Shown: positions 30,495-41,392, counted from the first letter of the stretch. The stretch is 64,000 nucleotides of DNA from Alphaproteobacteria bacterium (GCA_964291285.2 OZ219787.1:1536001-1600000), one strand, 5' to 3'. Numbers and translations: made by a program. Notes: generated by a model from the sequence alone, not told the origin.

Positions 30495-32458
30495 CAGGCC
30501 GCCGCCGGGTGCCGGCGCCGCCGCGCCGGAACGGCGAGGCGCAGGCGACGGTCGCTGAGCGAGATCAGCGCGCCGAGCGCCATGACGATGGCACCGATCC
30601 AGATCCAGGGCACCAGCGGGTTGTGGTAAAGGCGGACCGTGCGGCCCGTTTGCGGATCGTCCTCGCCAATTACCGCATAGAGGTCGGCCAGGAAGGTCGT
30701 GCGGATCGCCGCCTCCGTGGTGTGCTGGCGCTCGACCGGATAAAAGCGCCGTTCGGGCGCGAGGACGGCCGCCGGCGCGCCGTCGCGCAGCACGGAGAGC
30801 GTGGCGCGGTCCGCCCGGTAGTTCGACCCCTCGACGCGGGCGGTCCCGTCATAGCGGATGGTGTAACCGGCGATGCGGGCACTGTCCCCCGGTTTCATCG
30901 CAAGGATGAGTTCGGACTGGAAACACTGCGAAGCGGTGATGCCGGCGACGGCTACGGCCACGCCCAGATGCGCAAGGCCGCCGCCCCAGGCGGCACGCGG
31001 CATGGCGCGGGCCCGCCGCCAGGCTTCCCCCGCAGCCACTCGGCCGACGCGCAGGCGCTCGCCCCACTCGACCAGAGCGCCAAGCCCGATCCAGGCCGCG
31101 GCGGCAAGTCCTAGCGCCGCAAGCGTCTCTCCGTATGCAAACGCCGCACCGGCGGCGAGCGCAGCCCCGAGGGCCGCCAGCCAAAGCCGCCCGAGTGCGC
31201 CCGCGACGTCGCCGCGCTTCCAGGCGAGCATCGGCCCTATCGCCATCGCCACCAGCGCCGGAGCAACCAGCGGCACGAAGGTTGCGGTGAAATAGGGCGG
31301 CCCGACCGAGACCTTGCCGGCGTTGAGCGCATCGAGAAACAGCGGATAGAGCGTGCCGAGCAGCACGGTCGCGCAGGCGGTGATCAGCACGAGATTGTTC
31401 AGCAGCAGCGCGCCCTCCCGCGAGACCGGACGGAACGGCGCGCCTCTGCCGAGCGCCGGCGCCCGCCACGCATAGAGGGTGAGCGCGCCGCCCGTCGCGA
31501 CGCCGAGCAGCAGGAGGATGAAGACGCCGCGCTCGGGGTCGGTCGCAAAGGCATGCACGGAGGTCAGCACGCCCGAGCGCACCAGGAACGCGCCGAGCAG
31601 GCTCAGCGAAAAGGCGAGGATGGCAAGCAGCACGGTCCACGACCTGAGCGCCTCACGCCGCTCGGCCGCGATGGCGGAATGCAGCAACGCCGTGGCCGCG
31701 AGCCAGGGCATGAAGGAGGCGTTTTCCACCGGATCCCAGAACCAGAAGCCGCCCCAGCCAAGCTCGTAATAGGCCCACCAGCTTCCCAGCGCGATGCCGG
31801 CGGTCAGCCCTGCCCAGGCCGCGAGCGTCCAGGGCCGCACCCAGCGCGCCCAGGCCCGGTCCACCCGTCCTTCGATGAGGGCCGCAACGGCGAAGGAGAA
31901 GGCGACCGACAGGCCGACATAGCCGAAATAGAGAAGCGGCGGATGGAAGGCGAGGCCGGGGTCCTGCAGCAGCGGGTTCAGGCCGGCGCCGTCCAGCGGC
32001 GGCGGCCAGACACGCTGAAAGGGGTTGGAGGTGAACAGCGTGAACGCGAGAAAGCCCGCCCCGATCATCGCCTGGACGGCCAGCACGCGGGCCTGGAAGG
32101 TCTTTCGCAGGCTGCTGCCGAACACCGCCACCATCGCGCCGAACAGCGTGAGTATCAGCAGCCATAACAGCAGCGAGCCCTCGTGGTTCCCCCACACGCC
32201 GGTCAAGCGGTAGAGCAGCGGCTTCAGCGAATGCGAGTTCTGCGCGACCGCCGCGACCGAGAAGTCGGAGACGACATAGGCCTTGGCGAGCGCGGAGAAC
32301 GCGATTGCAGTGAGGACGAATTGCCCGAACGCCGTATGCCGGGCGAGGTCCATCAGAGCGGGTCTGCCCCTGGAGGCGCCGTAGAGCGGCAATGCCGCCT
32401 GCAACAGCGCGAGGCCCAGCGCCAGAGCGAGCGCGAAATGGCCGAGTTCCGCCGTCAC
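30494..32458 (-). CDS. ccmF: Heme lyase CcmF
   Basis: WGGFWFWDPVEN and SVHAFA motifs. Confidence 0.97.
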   Translation of the reverse strand: MTAELGHFALALALGLALLQAALPLYGASRGRPALMDLARHTAFGQFVLTAIAFSALAKAYVVSDFSVAAVAQNSHSLKPLLYRLTGVWGNHEGSLLLWLLILTLFGAMVAVFGSSLRKTFQARVLAVQAMIGAGFLAFTLFTSNPFQRVWPPPLDGAGLNPLLQDPGLAFHPPLLYFGYVGLSVAFSFAVAALIEGRVDRAWARWVRPWTLAAWAGLTAGIALGSWWAYYELGWGGFWFWDPVENASFMPWLAATALLHSAIAAERREALRSWTVLLAILAFSLSLLGAFLVRSGVLTSVHAFATDPERGVFILLLLGVATGGALTLYAWRAPALGRGAPFRPVSREGALLLNNLVLITACATVLLGTLYPLFLDALNAGKVSVGPPYFTATFVPLVAPALVAMAIGPMLAWKRGDVAGALGRLWLAALGAALAAGAAFAYGETLAALGLAAAAWIGLGALVEWGERLRVGRVAAGEAWRRARAMPRAAWGGGLAHLGVAVAVAGITASQCFQSELILAMKPGDSARIAGYTIRYDGTARVEGSNYRADRATLSVLRDGAPAAVLAPERRFYPVERQHTTEAAIRTTFLADLYAVIGEDDPQTGRTVRLYHNPLVPWIWIGAIVMALGALISLSDRRLRLAVPARRRRHPAAA

Positions 32459-32886
32459 GACCCGTCCGCCGTCCGCGCACGCCGCAGCGCCTCCGCAGCC
32501 TCCGGCGGCATGTAGTTCTCGTCATGCTTGGCGAGAATCTGCGTCGCCCGGAAGGTCCTCCCGCTGTCGAGCGCGCCGGTCGCCACCACCCCCTGTCCTT
32601 CGCGGAACAGGTCCGGAAGCAGCCCCGTATAGCGGACGGTGACACCGTGCGCGCCGTCCACGATACGGAAGCTAACGGTCGTGCCGGATCTTGTCAGCGA
32701 GCCCTCTTCCACCAGCCCGCCGATGCGGAACTCCCGACCCGGCGCAACGGTCCCCGCCGCGACTTCGCTCGGCGAATGGAAGAAGCGCATCGTGTCGTCG
32801 AGCGCCGTGAGCGCCAGCGCGGCCGCCCCGCCCAGAAGTGCCAGCGCGGAGGCCAGCAGCAGAAGGCGTCGGCGCTTAGGCCGCAT
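32455..32886 (-). CDS. ccmE: Heme chaperone CcmE
   Basis: LPDLFREGQG and AKHDENYMP motifs. Confidence 0.96.
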   Translation of the reverse strand: MRPKRRRLLLLASALALLGGAAALALTALDDTMRFFHSPSEVAAGTVAPGREFRIGGLVEEGSLTRSGTTVSFRIVDGAHGVTVRYTGLLPDLFREGQGVVATGALDSGRTFRATQILAKHDENYMPPEAAEALRRARTADGS

Positions 32887-33058
32887 CGTCCGTGCCGCCG
32901 CCGGCGGCTTCCAGCGCTGCCAGACGGCGCCGGGCGCGGCGCAGCCTCAGCATGCTCTCGGCAAGCATGCCGGCCAGCACGGCCGCAGCAGCGCCATAGG
33001 CCGGCCAGACATAGGCCGCATAGCCGCCCATATGGAAGAATTCACCGAGCCCGCTCAT
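32876..33058 (-). CDS. ccmD: Heme exporter protein CcmD
   Basis: MGGYAAYVWPAYG motif. Confidence 0.9.
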   Translation of the reverse strand: MSGLGEFFHMGGYAAYVWPAYGAAAAVLAGMLAESMLRLRRARRRLAALEAAGGGTDDAA

Positions 33059-33170
33059 CGCCGCCGCTGGATAGCACGGCCGGGCGGGCGGTCAAGGCAG
33101 GCCGGCGGGACCGAAGGCTGCTCCGGTTCCTGCCCCGGGGCCTTCGAAAGGCCGGGCGGACGGTGAGCCG

Positions 33171-33443
33171 TTAGTTCACGGTCTCCTTGAGACGCTTGCC
33201 AGCCTTGAAGAGCGGCGTTTTTGAGACGTCCACCTGAATCGGTTCGCCGGTGCCCGGATTGCGTCCGGTATGGGCCGGCCGGGTTCTTACGGAGAACCTG
33301 CCGAAGCCGGATATGCGCACGACTTCGCCACGGGCCAGCGCCTCTCCTATCGCAGCCAACACGGCATTGACCGCGTTTTCCGCCATGACCCTGCTCAAAC
33401 CCGTCCTGTCGGCAACCCGGCCGACAACATCCGATTTCTTCAT
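33171..33443 (-). CDS. HU/IHF-family DNA-binding protein
   Basis: GFGRF, GRNPGTGE and FKAGKRLK motifs. Confidence 0.92.
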   Translation of the reverse strand: MKKSDVVGRVADRTGLSRVMAENAVNAVLAAIGEALARGEVVRISGFGRFSVRTRPAHTGRNPGTGEPIQVDVSKTPLFKAGKRLKETVN

Positions 33444-33700
33444 GGGTTCCATCCCGGTACAACCGCATCGGTTTGCGAGCCGGCAAGGCCCGGTTGCTTC
33501 AGCATTGCCGCACGACAAGGCGCATTCTTCGTCGCAAGCGGCAGTCTCTAGCGATTTGGAATTTGGATGATAAATGCAAAATCAGTGCTTATTCATGCCG
33601 GAACGGCATATCGGGAAACTCTGTCGGAAGGCCCAGAGGCAGGTGCCTTTCGCCATTCCGAACATTTCCCGATTTCGACGACCGTCGGGAACCGAACCCG

Positions 33701-36112
33701 TCAGACACCCCGCATTCTGCGGTTCCCCGGGTCGTAGAGGGGCCTGAGCGAAGCCTCGGCGGGAACGGTGACGCCGGCGACATTAATGGCGAATTCGCCG
33801 GCATCGAGCGTGTGCGCCGGCACATAGCCGAGGCCTACCGCGCCGCCCAGCGCGTGCCCGTAATTGGCGGAGGTCAGCGTTTCGACCGTGCGGCCGTCGG
33901 CCAGGATCGGCTCGTGGCCGTAGAGCAGCGGTTCGGGGTCAAGCAGGCGGAACTGCATCAGCCGGCGCGAGGGGCCGGCGTCCCGCGCGCGGAGGAAGGC
34001 GTCGCGGCCAAGGAAATCCTTGGCGTCGGGCTTCACGGCGAAGGCGAGGCCGGCCTCGACCGGGGTGTCCGAGGGCGCGATATCGTGGCCCCAGTGGCGG
34101 TAGGCCTTCTCGATCCGCAGGCTGTCGAGCGCATGCATCCCGACCGGCGGGGCGCCGGCTTCCCGCAGCGCCGCGAATACCCGCCCAGCCTCGGCCCGGG
34201 GCACATAAAGCTCCCAGCCGAGCTCGCCGACATAGCTTATGCGCGACGCCTGGACCGGCGCGCCCGCCAGCTCGATTTCCTGCGAGGTTCCGAACGGGAA
34301 GGTGTTATCCGAAAGGTCGGCCGGCGTCAGCGGCGCGAGCAGGGCGCGCGACTCCGGTCCCATGACGGCGAACACGGCCAGGTCGTCGGTAATGTCGGCA
34401 ACCTCCACCCGCCGGTCGCGCGCCTCCATGCGGAGCCGGCCCAGGTCCCGCGCCGCGGCGGCAGCGGCCGTCACGACCATGTAGCGGGCCTCGTCGAGGC
34501 GGGTCACGGTCAGGTCCGCCTCGATGCCGGCCGTCGCGTTCAACCATTGCGTGTAGATGACGCTGCCGGGCGGGCGGCCCATATCGTTGGCCGAGACCCA
34601 TTGCAGCAGCGCCTCGGCCTCCGGCCCCTCGACCAGGATCTTGCCGAAGGATGTGAGGTCGAACACGCCGACCGCTTCCCGGACGCTCATATGCTCGGCG
34701 GCGCTTGCCCCGAACCAGTTCTGCCGCCCGTAGCTGTATTCGTAAGCGGGCGTCTCGCCGGACGGCGCGAACCAGTTGGCGCGCTCCCAGCCGGCCACCT
34801 CGCCGAAACAGGCGCCCGCCTCCTCCAGCGCGTCATGCACCGGGGACCGCCGCTCGCCACGCGCGGTCTGGAACTGGCGGTAGGGCCAGTGCATGGCGTA
34901 GAGCAGGCCGAGCGCCTCGCTCACGCGCGCCTTCAGGTATGTCTTGCCGTTCTGGAAGGGCTGCATCCGGCGCGGGTCGTAGGCCGAAAGGTCGCAGGGC
35001 GGCACACCCTCCTCGATCCAGGCCGCCAGCCGCAAGCCGACGCCGCCCGCCGCCTGGATGCCGATGGAGTTGAAGCCGGCCGCGATCCAGAGGCCTTCGA
35101 CATTGCCGGCCGGGCCGAGATGGAAGGCCTGGTCCGGGGTGAAGCTCTCCGGCCCGTTGAAAAAGAGCCGGATGCCGGTCTCCCGCAAGGCCGGCACACG
35201 GTGCAGCGCGCCTTCCAATATCGGCTCGAAATGCTCCCAGTCGTCGGGAAGCTGGTCGAAGCAGAAATCCTCCGGGATGCCGTCCATGCCCCAGGGCTTG
35301 GCCACCGGCTCGAAGGCGCCGACCAGCAGCTTGCCGGCGTCCTCCTTGTAGTAGGCGGAACTGTCCTGGTTGCGCAGGACGGGAAGGCCGGCCTTCACGC
35401 CCTCCATCGGCTCGGTCACGATGTAGAAATGCTCCGCCGCATGGAGCGGCACGGCGGCATCCGCCATCAGGCCGACTTCGCGCGCCCACATGCCGGCGCA
35501 GTTCGCGACGCAGTCCGTGGCGACCGGCCCCGCCTCGGTTTCGACGCCGGTGACACACCCGCCGGCGGTGCGGATGCCGGTCACCTTCATATTCTCCAGC
35601 AGTACAGCGCCAGCCTGCCGGGCGCCTCTGGCGAGCGCGGCGGCGGTGTCGGCGGGATTGGTCTGGCCGTCGCCGGCATAGAACGCGCCACCGACCAGGT
35701 CGTCGACATGCATGAGCGGCCAGAGGCGTTTCAGGTCCGCCGGCGTGCAGAACTCGATTTCGGCGCCGTAGGCGCGCGCGCTCGCGGCCTCGCGTCTCAG
35801 TTCCTCCCATCGTTCGGCATTGTCGGCCGTGTAGATCGAGCCCGTCCGGCGGAATCCCGTGCTCTGGCCGGTCTCGGCCTCCAGCCCGGCATAGAGGCGG
35901 GCCGAATCGGTAAGGATGGCGGAGAGCGTGGGATGCGCGGCGGCGGAGCGCACCAGGCCAGCGGCGTGCCATGTGGTGCCGCAGGAGAACTGCCTGCGTT
36001 CGAGCAGCAGCACGCCGTCGCGCCCGGCCTTCGCAAGGTGGTAGGCGAGGCTGAGGCCGATGATGCCGCCGCCGACGATGACGATGGATGCGTGGGAGGG
36101 GAGGTTAGCCAT
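33701..36112 (-). CDS. GcvT-family FAD-dependent oxidoreductase (dimethylglycine/sarcosine dehydrogenase-like)
   Basis: GGGIIG, GTTWHAAG, NGPESFTPD and SLRIEKAY motifs. Confidence 0.92.
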   Translation of the reverse strand: MANLPSHASIVIVGGGIIGLSLAYHLAKAGRDGVLLLERRQFSCGTTWHAAGLVRSAAAHPTLSAILTDSARLYAGLEAETGQSTGFRRTGSIYTADNAERWEELRREAASARAYGAEIEFCTPADLKRLWPLMHVDDLVGGAFYAGDGQTNPADTAAALARGARQAGAVLLENMKVTGIRTAGGCVTGVETEAGPVATDCVANCAGMWAREVGLMADAAVPLHAAEHFYIVTEPMEGVKAGLPVLRNQDSSAYYKEDAGKLLVGAFEPVAKPWGMDGIPEDFCFDQLPDDWEHFEPILEGALHRVPALRETGIRLFFNGPESFTPDQAFHLGPAGNVEGLWIAAGFNSIGIQAAGGVGLRLAAWIEEGVPPCDLSAYDPRRMQPFQNGKTYLKARVSEALGLLYAMHWPYRQFQTARGERRSPVHDALEEAGACFGEVAGWERANWFAPSGETPAYEYSYGRQNWFGASAAEHMSVREAVGVFDLTSFGKILVEGPEAEALLQWVSANDMGRPPGSVIYTQWLNATAGIEADLTVTRLDEARYMVVTAAAAAARDLGRLRMEARDRRVEVADITDDLAVFAVMGPESRALLAPLTPADLSDNTFPFGTSQEIELAGAPVQASRISYVGELGWELYVPRAEAGRVFAALREAGAPPVGMHALDSLRIEKAYRHWGHDIAPSDTPVEAGLAFAVKPDAKDFLGRDAFLRARDAGPSRRLMQFRLLDPEPLLYGHEPILADGRTVETLTSANYGHALGGAVGLGYVPAHTLDAGEFAINVAGVTVPAEASLRPLYDPGNRRMRGV

Positions 36113-36199
36113 AGCGGCGGGAGTCTAGGCGCGAACGCTTCCCGCCGGAAGCGGAACCGTGCCACTCTGGCCCCTTTCGCAACTGAAGGGTCCCGCCCC

Positions 36200-37099
36200 A
36201 TGGACTTGCCCGCCCTCAGCCTCACCGCCGTTCCCGGCCGCCGCCTCGCAACGCTGGAACTCGCCCGCGAGATCGAGCGGCGGGGCTTCGCCGGCATGTG
36301 GGTGCCGAGCCCGTTCAGCGGCCTCGGGCTCTGCCACGCGCTCGCGCATGTGACGGAGCGCGCGGTCTTCGCGACCTCGATCGCGCCGATCTACTTCCAG
36401 CAGGCGGAGGAATTCGCGCAGGCGGCGGCCTTCATCCACGAGGTCTCGGGCGGACGGTTCCGCTTCGGTATCGGCGTGTCGCACCAGCCGACACATGAGC
36501 GCATGGGGATCAGGCCCGGCAAGCCGCTCGGCGACATCCGCGCTTTCGTCGAGGAAATCCGGAATGTGCCGCGCACGGGCGGGCTGCCGCCGGTGGTGCT
36601 GGCGGCGATGCGGCCCCGGATGATCGCGCTTGCCGGCGAGATCGCCGACGGCATCGTCTTCGCCAATGCCGCCCGCAGCCACATCCCGGCCTCGCTGGAG
36701 GCGCTGCCGGCGGGCAAGCGCGAGGACGCCGGGTTTGAAGTCGCCTGCATGACCCCCACTTGCGTCTCGGATGACCTGGAGGCGGCGAAGGCCATTAACC
36801 GCAAGACGCTCACGCGCTACGCCCAGCTTCCCTACTATCGGAACTACTGGAAGGACGCGGGCTACCGGGAGGAGATGGAGGCGGTGGAACGCGCCATGCC
36901 GGAGGGCGATGCGGCCGTCGCCGCCTGCCTCTCGGACCGCTGGCTCGCCGATGTCACGCTGTTCGGCCCGCCGGCCAGGATCCGCGAGGGCGTGGAGGAG
37001 TTGCGCGCCGCCGGTGTCCGCACCCCGGTCCTGGTCCCCTCCTCGGCCGCCGGCGGCCAGATGAAGGCCTTCGAGGAGGTGACGGGGGTTTTTGCGTGA
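36200..37099 (+). CDS. LLM-class flavin-dependent oxidoreductase
   Basis: SGGRFRFGIGVSH and AGEIADG motifs. Confidence 0.88.
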   Translation: MDLPALSLTAVPGRRLATLELAREIERRGFAGMWVPSPFSGLGLCHALAHVTERAVFATSIAPIYFQQAEEFAQAAAFIHEVSGGRFRFGIGVSHQPTHERMGIRPGKPLGDIRAFVEEIRNVPRTGGLPPVVLAAMRPRMIALAGEIADGIVFANAARSHIPASLEALPAGKREDAGFEVACMTPTCVSDDLEAAKAINRKTLTRYAQLPYYRNYWKDAGYREEMEAVERAMPEGDAAVAACLSDRWLADVTLFGPPARIREGVEELRAAGVRTPVLVPSSAAGGQMKAFEEVTGVFA

Positions 37100-37111
37100 C
37101 GGCGGACCCGC

Positions 37112-38197
37112 TCAAAGCGCGTCGTAGTCGAGCACCACTTCGCGGGTGAGCGGGCGGGACTGGCAGGTGAGGACGAAACCGGCCTCCAGCTCCCAGGGCT
37201 CCAGCGAGTAGTTCTGCACCATATCGACGCGGCCCGAGACCAGCCTTGCCCGGCAGGTGCAGCACATGCCGCCCTTGCAGGAAAAGGGCAGGTCGAGGCC
37301 GTGGCGCCGGCCGGCGTCGATGATGCGTTCGCCGTCGAAGCCCATGGCGAAGCGCCGCCGGGCGCCGTCGAGAACCACCGTGACTTCCGCCGCGCCCGCG
37401 GCCCGTTCCTCGGCGGCGACCGTCTGCGGGGCGATGACTTGGCCCGGATTGCCGGTGAAGCGCTCGGTGCGGATGCGCGACGCCGCCATGCCGGCCGCCG
37501 CAAGCGCCTCCGGCACCGCCTCGGCCATATTGTCCGGTCCACACACCAGCGCTTCGTCGAACGCCTCGGCCGGGCCGAACGCCTCCATGAGCGCTTCCGT
37601 CTTCGCGGCGTCGATGCGGCCTTGGCAGAGCGGCACGTCCTGATCCTCGCCGGAGAGGATATGGAGCACGGAGAAGCGGCCGAGATGCCGGCTCTTCAGA
37701 CCGTCCAGTTCGTCCCGGAAGATCACGTCCCCGGCGTTCCGGTTGCCGTAGAACAGCAGCACCTCGCTCTCCGGCTCCGAGGCGAGCAGCGTGCGCGCGA
37801 CGGAGATCACCGGCGTGATGCCGCTGCCGGCGGCGAACAGCGCATAGCGGCCCCTTCCGCCCGGTTCGAGCGGGCGGTGGAAGCGGCCGTCGGGCGTCAT
37901 CACGGAGAGCGTGTCCCCGGCCTCAAGCTGGTTGTTGATCCAACCGGAGAAGCGCCCGTCCGGCACCTCCTTCACGGCGATGCGAAGCTCGCCCTCGTCG
38001 CGCCCCGAGCAGATCGAATAGGACCGCCGGACCTCTTCCCCGCCGAAGTCCCGGCGGAGCGTCAGATACTGGCCCTGCACGAAGCGGTAGGCCCCGGCCA
38101 GCGCCTCCGGCACCTCGAACGCGACCGACACGCAGCCGGCCGTCTCCCGACGGACCTGCGCGACGACAAGATCGTGGAAACGTGGCCTTACAGGCAC
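37112..38197 (-). CDS. paaE: Phenylacetyl-CoA epoxidase reductase subunit
   Basis: RRSYSI, AAGSGITP and 2Fe-2S CKGGMCCTC motifs. Confidence 0.92.
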   Translation of the reverse strand: MPVRPRFHDLVVAQVRRETAGCVSVAFEVPEALAGAYRFVQGQYLTLRRDFGGEEVRRSYSICSGRDEGELRIAVKEVPDGRFSGWINNQLEAGDTLSVMTPDGRFHRPLEPGGRGRYALFAAGSGITPVISVARTLLASEPESEVLLFYGNRNAGDVIFRDELDGLKSRHLGRFSVLHILSGEDQDVPLCQGRIDAAKTEALMEAFGPAEAFDEALVCGPDNMAEAVPEALAAAGMAASRIRTERFTGNPGQVIAPQTVAAEERAAGAAEVTVVLDGARRRFAMGFDGERIIDAGRRHGLDLPFSCKGGMCCTCRARLVSGRVDMVQNYSLEPWELEAGFVLTCQSRPLTREVVLDYDAL

Positions 38198-38640
38198 TTG
38201 AAGCGCTCGAACGGCTCGCGGCAGCCGAGGCAGCGCCAGAGCGCCTTGCAGGGCGTGGAGCCGAAACGGCTGAGCTCCTCCACCGCCGCGCCGCCGCAAT
38301 GCGGGCAGGAGATGGCCCCGCGCGTGGGTGGGGCGATGCCGTAGGCGGAAAGCTTGGCCTTGCCTTCTTCCGACATCCAGTCGGTGGTCCACGCGGGGGC
38401 GAGGCAGGTCTCGACGACGGCGTCCGCAAAGCCGCCGCCGGCGAGCGCCGCCTCGACATCGCGGCGGATGGCGTCGCTTGCCGGGCAGCCGCTATAGGTG
38501 GGCGTGAGGCGCACGACCAGCCGGCCGCCGTCCTCCTCGACCTCGCGCACGATGCCGAGGTCGCCCGCCGTCAGCACCGGGATTTCGGGGTCCGGCACCG
38601 CTTCCGCCAGGCGGCGTGCTTCCGCCGCGCGGCTCACCAT
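38188..38640 (-). CDS. paaD: Phenylacetyl-CoA epoxidase subunit PaaD
   Basis: DPEIPVL, TPTYSGCPA and FGSTPCK motifs. Confidence 0.93.
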   Translation of the reverse strand: MVSRAAEARRLAEAVPDPEIPVLTAGDLGIVREVEEDGGRLVVRLTPTYSGCPASDAIRRDVEAALAGGGFADAVVETCLAPAWTTDWMSEEGKAKLSAYGIAPPTRGAISCPHCGGAAVEELSRFGSTPCKALWRCLGCREPFERFKCL

Positions 38641-39389
38641 TCCGCTCCCGGATAGGCGCGCTGCATGAACTGGAATTCCGCCAGCAGGTGCCCCAGATGC
38701 TCGCTGTGCCGGCCCTGCCGGCCGCCGCTCCGGACCCCGGCGCCTTCCGGTGGCGTCAGCCCCGCCTCCTCCAGCACAGGTTCCACCCGCGCCTGCCAGG
38801 GCGCGCGCAATTCGCAGGGCAGGACCGCAATGCCCGTCTCCGCCAGGGCCGCTTCCACCTCGTCGGCCTCGAAGATCTCGCCGGCATAGGGCCAGAGCAG
38901 GTCGAGCCCGGCCTGGGCGCGGTCGTGGCTTTCCTGCGTGCCGTCGCCCATGCGGACCACCCAGGCGGCGCTCTGCTCGACATGGTAGGCGGCTTCCTTC
39001 GCCGCCTTGCCGGCGATCCCCGCCAGCACCTCGTCGCGCGAGGCCGAAAGCCGGGGCCAGAGCTCGACCGCGTAGGCGTCGAACAGGAATTGGCGCACCA
39101 TGGTCTGCGCGAAGTCGCCGTTCGGCTGCTCGACCAGCAGCAGGTTGGAGAAATCCAGCACGTCCCGGCCGTAGGCGAGCGCGTCCTCGTTCCGGCCCCT
39201 GCCCTCCCGCGCGCCGGCGCAGGCGAGTAGCAGCCGCGCCTGCCCGAGCAGGTCGAGGGCGGTGTTGGCGAGCGCGATGTCCTCTTCCAGTTCCGGCCCG
39301 TGCCCGACCCACTCCGAGAGGCGGTGACTCAGGATGAGCGCGTCGTCGCCGAGGCGCAGCGCATAGGCGGCGGTCAGCGCGTCCGCCAT
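38634..39389 (-). CDS. paaC: Phenylacetyl-CoA epoxidase subunit PaaC
   Basis: PELEEDIALAN and GRHSEHLG motifs. Confidence 0.95.
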   Translation of the reverse strand: MADALTAAYALRLGDDALILSHRLSEWVGHGPELEEDIALANTALDLLGQARLLLACAGAREGRGRNEDALAYGRDVLDFSNLLLVEQPNGDFAQTMVRQFLFDAYAVELWPRLSASRDEVLAGIAGKAAKEAAYHVEQSAAWVVRMGDGTQESHDRAQAGLDLLWPYAGEIFEADEVEAALAETGIAVLPCELRAPWQARVEPVLEEAGLTPPEGAGVRSGGRQGRHSEHLGHLLAEFQFMQRAYPGAEW

Positions 39390-39701
39390 CTACATGTTCT
39401 CGACGTCGTCGGGAAGGTCGTAAAAGCTCGGATGGCGGTAGATTTTCGACATTGCCGGCTCGAACAGCATGTCCTTGTCGGCCGGGTCGGAGGCGAAGAT
39501 ATGCTCCGAGGCCACGACCCAGATGCTCGTCCCCTCGCCGCGCCTTGTATAGACATCGCGGGCGCGGGCCAGCGCCATTTCCGGGTCAGCGGCGTGCAGC
39601 GAGCCGCAATAGCGGTGGTGCAGCCCGGTGCGGGCGCGGATGAACACCTCGAAGAGCGGCCAGTCCCGCTCGTTCTCACCTCTTCTGTCACTGTCGGACA
39701 T
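39390..39701 (-). CDS. paaB: Phenylacetyl-CoA epoxidase subunit PaaB
   Basis: WPLFEVF and ARDVYTRR motifs. Confidence 0.95.
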   Translation of the reverse strand: MSDSDRRGENERDWPLFEVFIRARTGLHHRYCGSLHAADPEMALARARDVYTRRGEGTSIWVVASEHIFASDPADKDMLFEPAMSKIYRHPSFYDLPDDVENM

Positions 39702-39720
39702 GCGCTTCGCCCGCCGGGCG

Positions 39721-40710
39721 CTATTCGGCCGCCGCCGCGGCCCGCGCCTGCTTCCTGAGCGCATGGGCGGTCGCGGCCTCCCGCACCCAGGCGCCTTCCG
39801 CATGGGCCTTGCGGCGCGCGGCCATGCGCTCGCGGTTGCAGGGCCCGTTGCCGGTGAGCACCTCGTTGAACTCGGTCCAGTCGATCTCGCCGAAACGCCA
39901 GTGGCCGCTTTCCTCGTCGAAGCGGAGCTCGGGGTCCGGCGGCTCCAGGCCGATCAGGCGCGCCTGCGGCACGGCCGCGTCCACGAATTTCTGCCGCAGC
40001 TCGTCATTGGTGAAGCGCTTGATCTTCCAGCGCATGGACCGCCCGGTGTGCGGCGAGTCCGTGTCGGAGGGGCCGAACATCATCAGCGACGGCCACCACC
40101 AGCGGTTGAGTGCGTCCTGCGCCATGCGCTTCTGCGCCGCCGTTCCCTCAGCGAGGCGCGAGATGGCTTCGTAGCCCTGGCGCTGGTGGAAGCTCTCTTC
40201 CTTGCAGATGCGGATCATGGCGCGCGCATAGGGGCCGAAGGAGCAGCGGCAGAGCGGGATCTGGTTCATGATCGCCGCCCCGTCCACTAGCCAGCCGACC
40301 GCGCCGATATCCGCCCAGGTGATCGTCGGGTAGTTGAAGATCGAGGAATAGCGCGCGCGGCCTTCCAGCAGGCGGTCCACCATCTCCGCCCGGGATATGC
40401 CGAGCGTCTCGGCCGCGGCGTAGAGGTAAAGCCCGTGCCCGCCCTCGTCCTGCACCTTGGCGAGCAGGATCGCCTTGCGGCGCAGGTTCGGCGCGCGCGT
40501 GAGCCAGTTGCCTTCCGGCAGCATGCCGACGATCTCGGAATGGGCGTGCTGGCTGATCTGGCGGATCAGCGTCTGCCGGTAGGCCTCCGGCATCCAGTCG
40601 TTCGGCTCGATCTTCTCCTCGCGGTCGATCTTCGCCTGGAAGCGGGCCAGCAGTTCCGCATCCTCGGGCCCGCCCTCTTCGACCGACTGGTTAAGCCCCT
40701 GCGTGTACAT
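39721..40710 (-). CDS. paaA: Phenylacetyl-CoA epoxidase subunit PaaA
   Basis: [22 protein letters not shown] and [10 protein letters not shown] motifs. Confidence 0.97.
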   Translation of the reverse strand: MYTQGLNQSVEEGGPEDAELLARFQAKIDREEKIEPNDWMPEAYRQTLIRQISQHAHSEIVGMLPEGNWLTRAPNLRRKAILLAKVQDEGGHGLYLYAAAETLGISRAEMVDRLLEGRARYSSIFNYPTITWADIGAVGWLVDGAAIMNQIPLCRCSFGPYARAMIRICKEESFHQRQGYEAISRLAEGTAAQKRMAQDALNRWWWPSLMMFGPSDTDSPHTGRSMRWKIKRFTNDELRQKFVDAAVPQARLIGLEPPDPELRFDEESGHWRFGEIDWTEFNEVLTGNGPCNRERMAARRKAHAEGAWVREAATAHALRKQARAAAAAE

Positions 40711-40773
40711 GGCCCGCAATTTGGGACCGGGCGCCGCCCTTGTCGAGAGGAAAACGCGGGCGGCGCGGCGCGC

Positions 40774-41184
40774 TTACAACCCGTACTGGCTGCACTCCCT
40801 CGCCTGTATGTCGCCCCGGCAGTTCCGCAGCACGCCGCCGGATTCGAGATATTCGAGGCCGACCGTGATGCTCGTCTGCCGGCTGTGTTCGTTGAAATCC
40901 CCGTATCGGCAGGTTTTCTCGATCCGGCAATTGAAGACGTTCGCGGAGGCGTCGTGCTCGGCCTCCACGCTTCCTCCGGTGCATTTCTGCGCGGCCGTGG
41001 TTTTCGACCACGCCGCTACGCACCTGTTTTTCGCCGCGAGCATTATCCCCTGGGCGAGGGAATGAAGGGTGGTGTGGTCTGCAAACGCATCCCGGTCCGG
41101 CGGAGCGGCCAGAAGGAGCGCAAGAACGAATGGCGCTGCGAGTATCGGACGGGCGCGGCGCCGGGCGGCAGAGAATCGGCTCAT
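40774..41184 (-). CDS. Small secreted six-cysteine hypothetical protein
   Basis: Signal peptide ending AFA; six Cys in the mature part; purine-rich RBS. Confidence 0.65.
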   Translation of the reverse strand: MSRFSAARRRARPILAAPFVLALLLAAPPDRDAFADHTTLHSLAQGIMLAAKNRCVAAWSKTTAAQKCTGGSVEAEHDASANVFNCRIEKTCRYGDFNEHSRQTSITVGLEYLESGGVLRNCRGDIQARECSQYGL

Positions 41185-41392
41185 CGTGCGTTCCTTTCCT
41201 CTTCCCGGAGTAACGACCCTGGCAAAGCCGTCCGCCTCTTCGAGGTAACCGCCGCCCCGGTCGTCGACTTCAATTGCCATTTTTTATGCCTGCTTACATT
41301 GATAAAGTCAATATTCTGCGGGGCGGCAAAGCACGCTGTTCCGTCGAAAACCGCGCTTCGGGACCCGATAGCGCGGCCCCGGAGTTGCGCCG

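Noticed and set aside
33473-36199. 5' part of the 1208-aa ORF 33473-37099
   Set aside because: Antisense shadow of the GcvT-family gene in high-GC DNA; only 36200-37099 is a real LLM gene.
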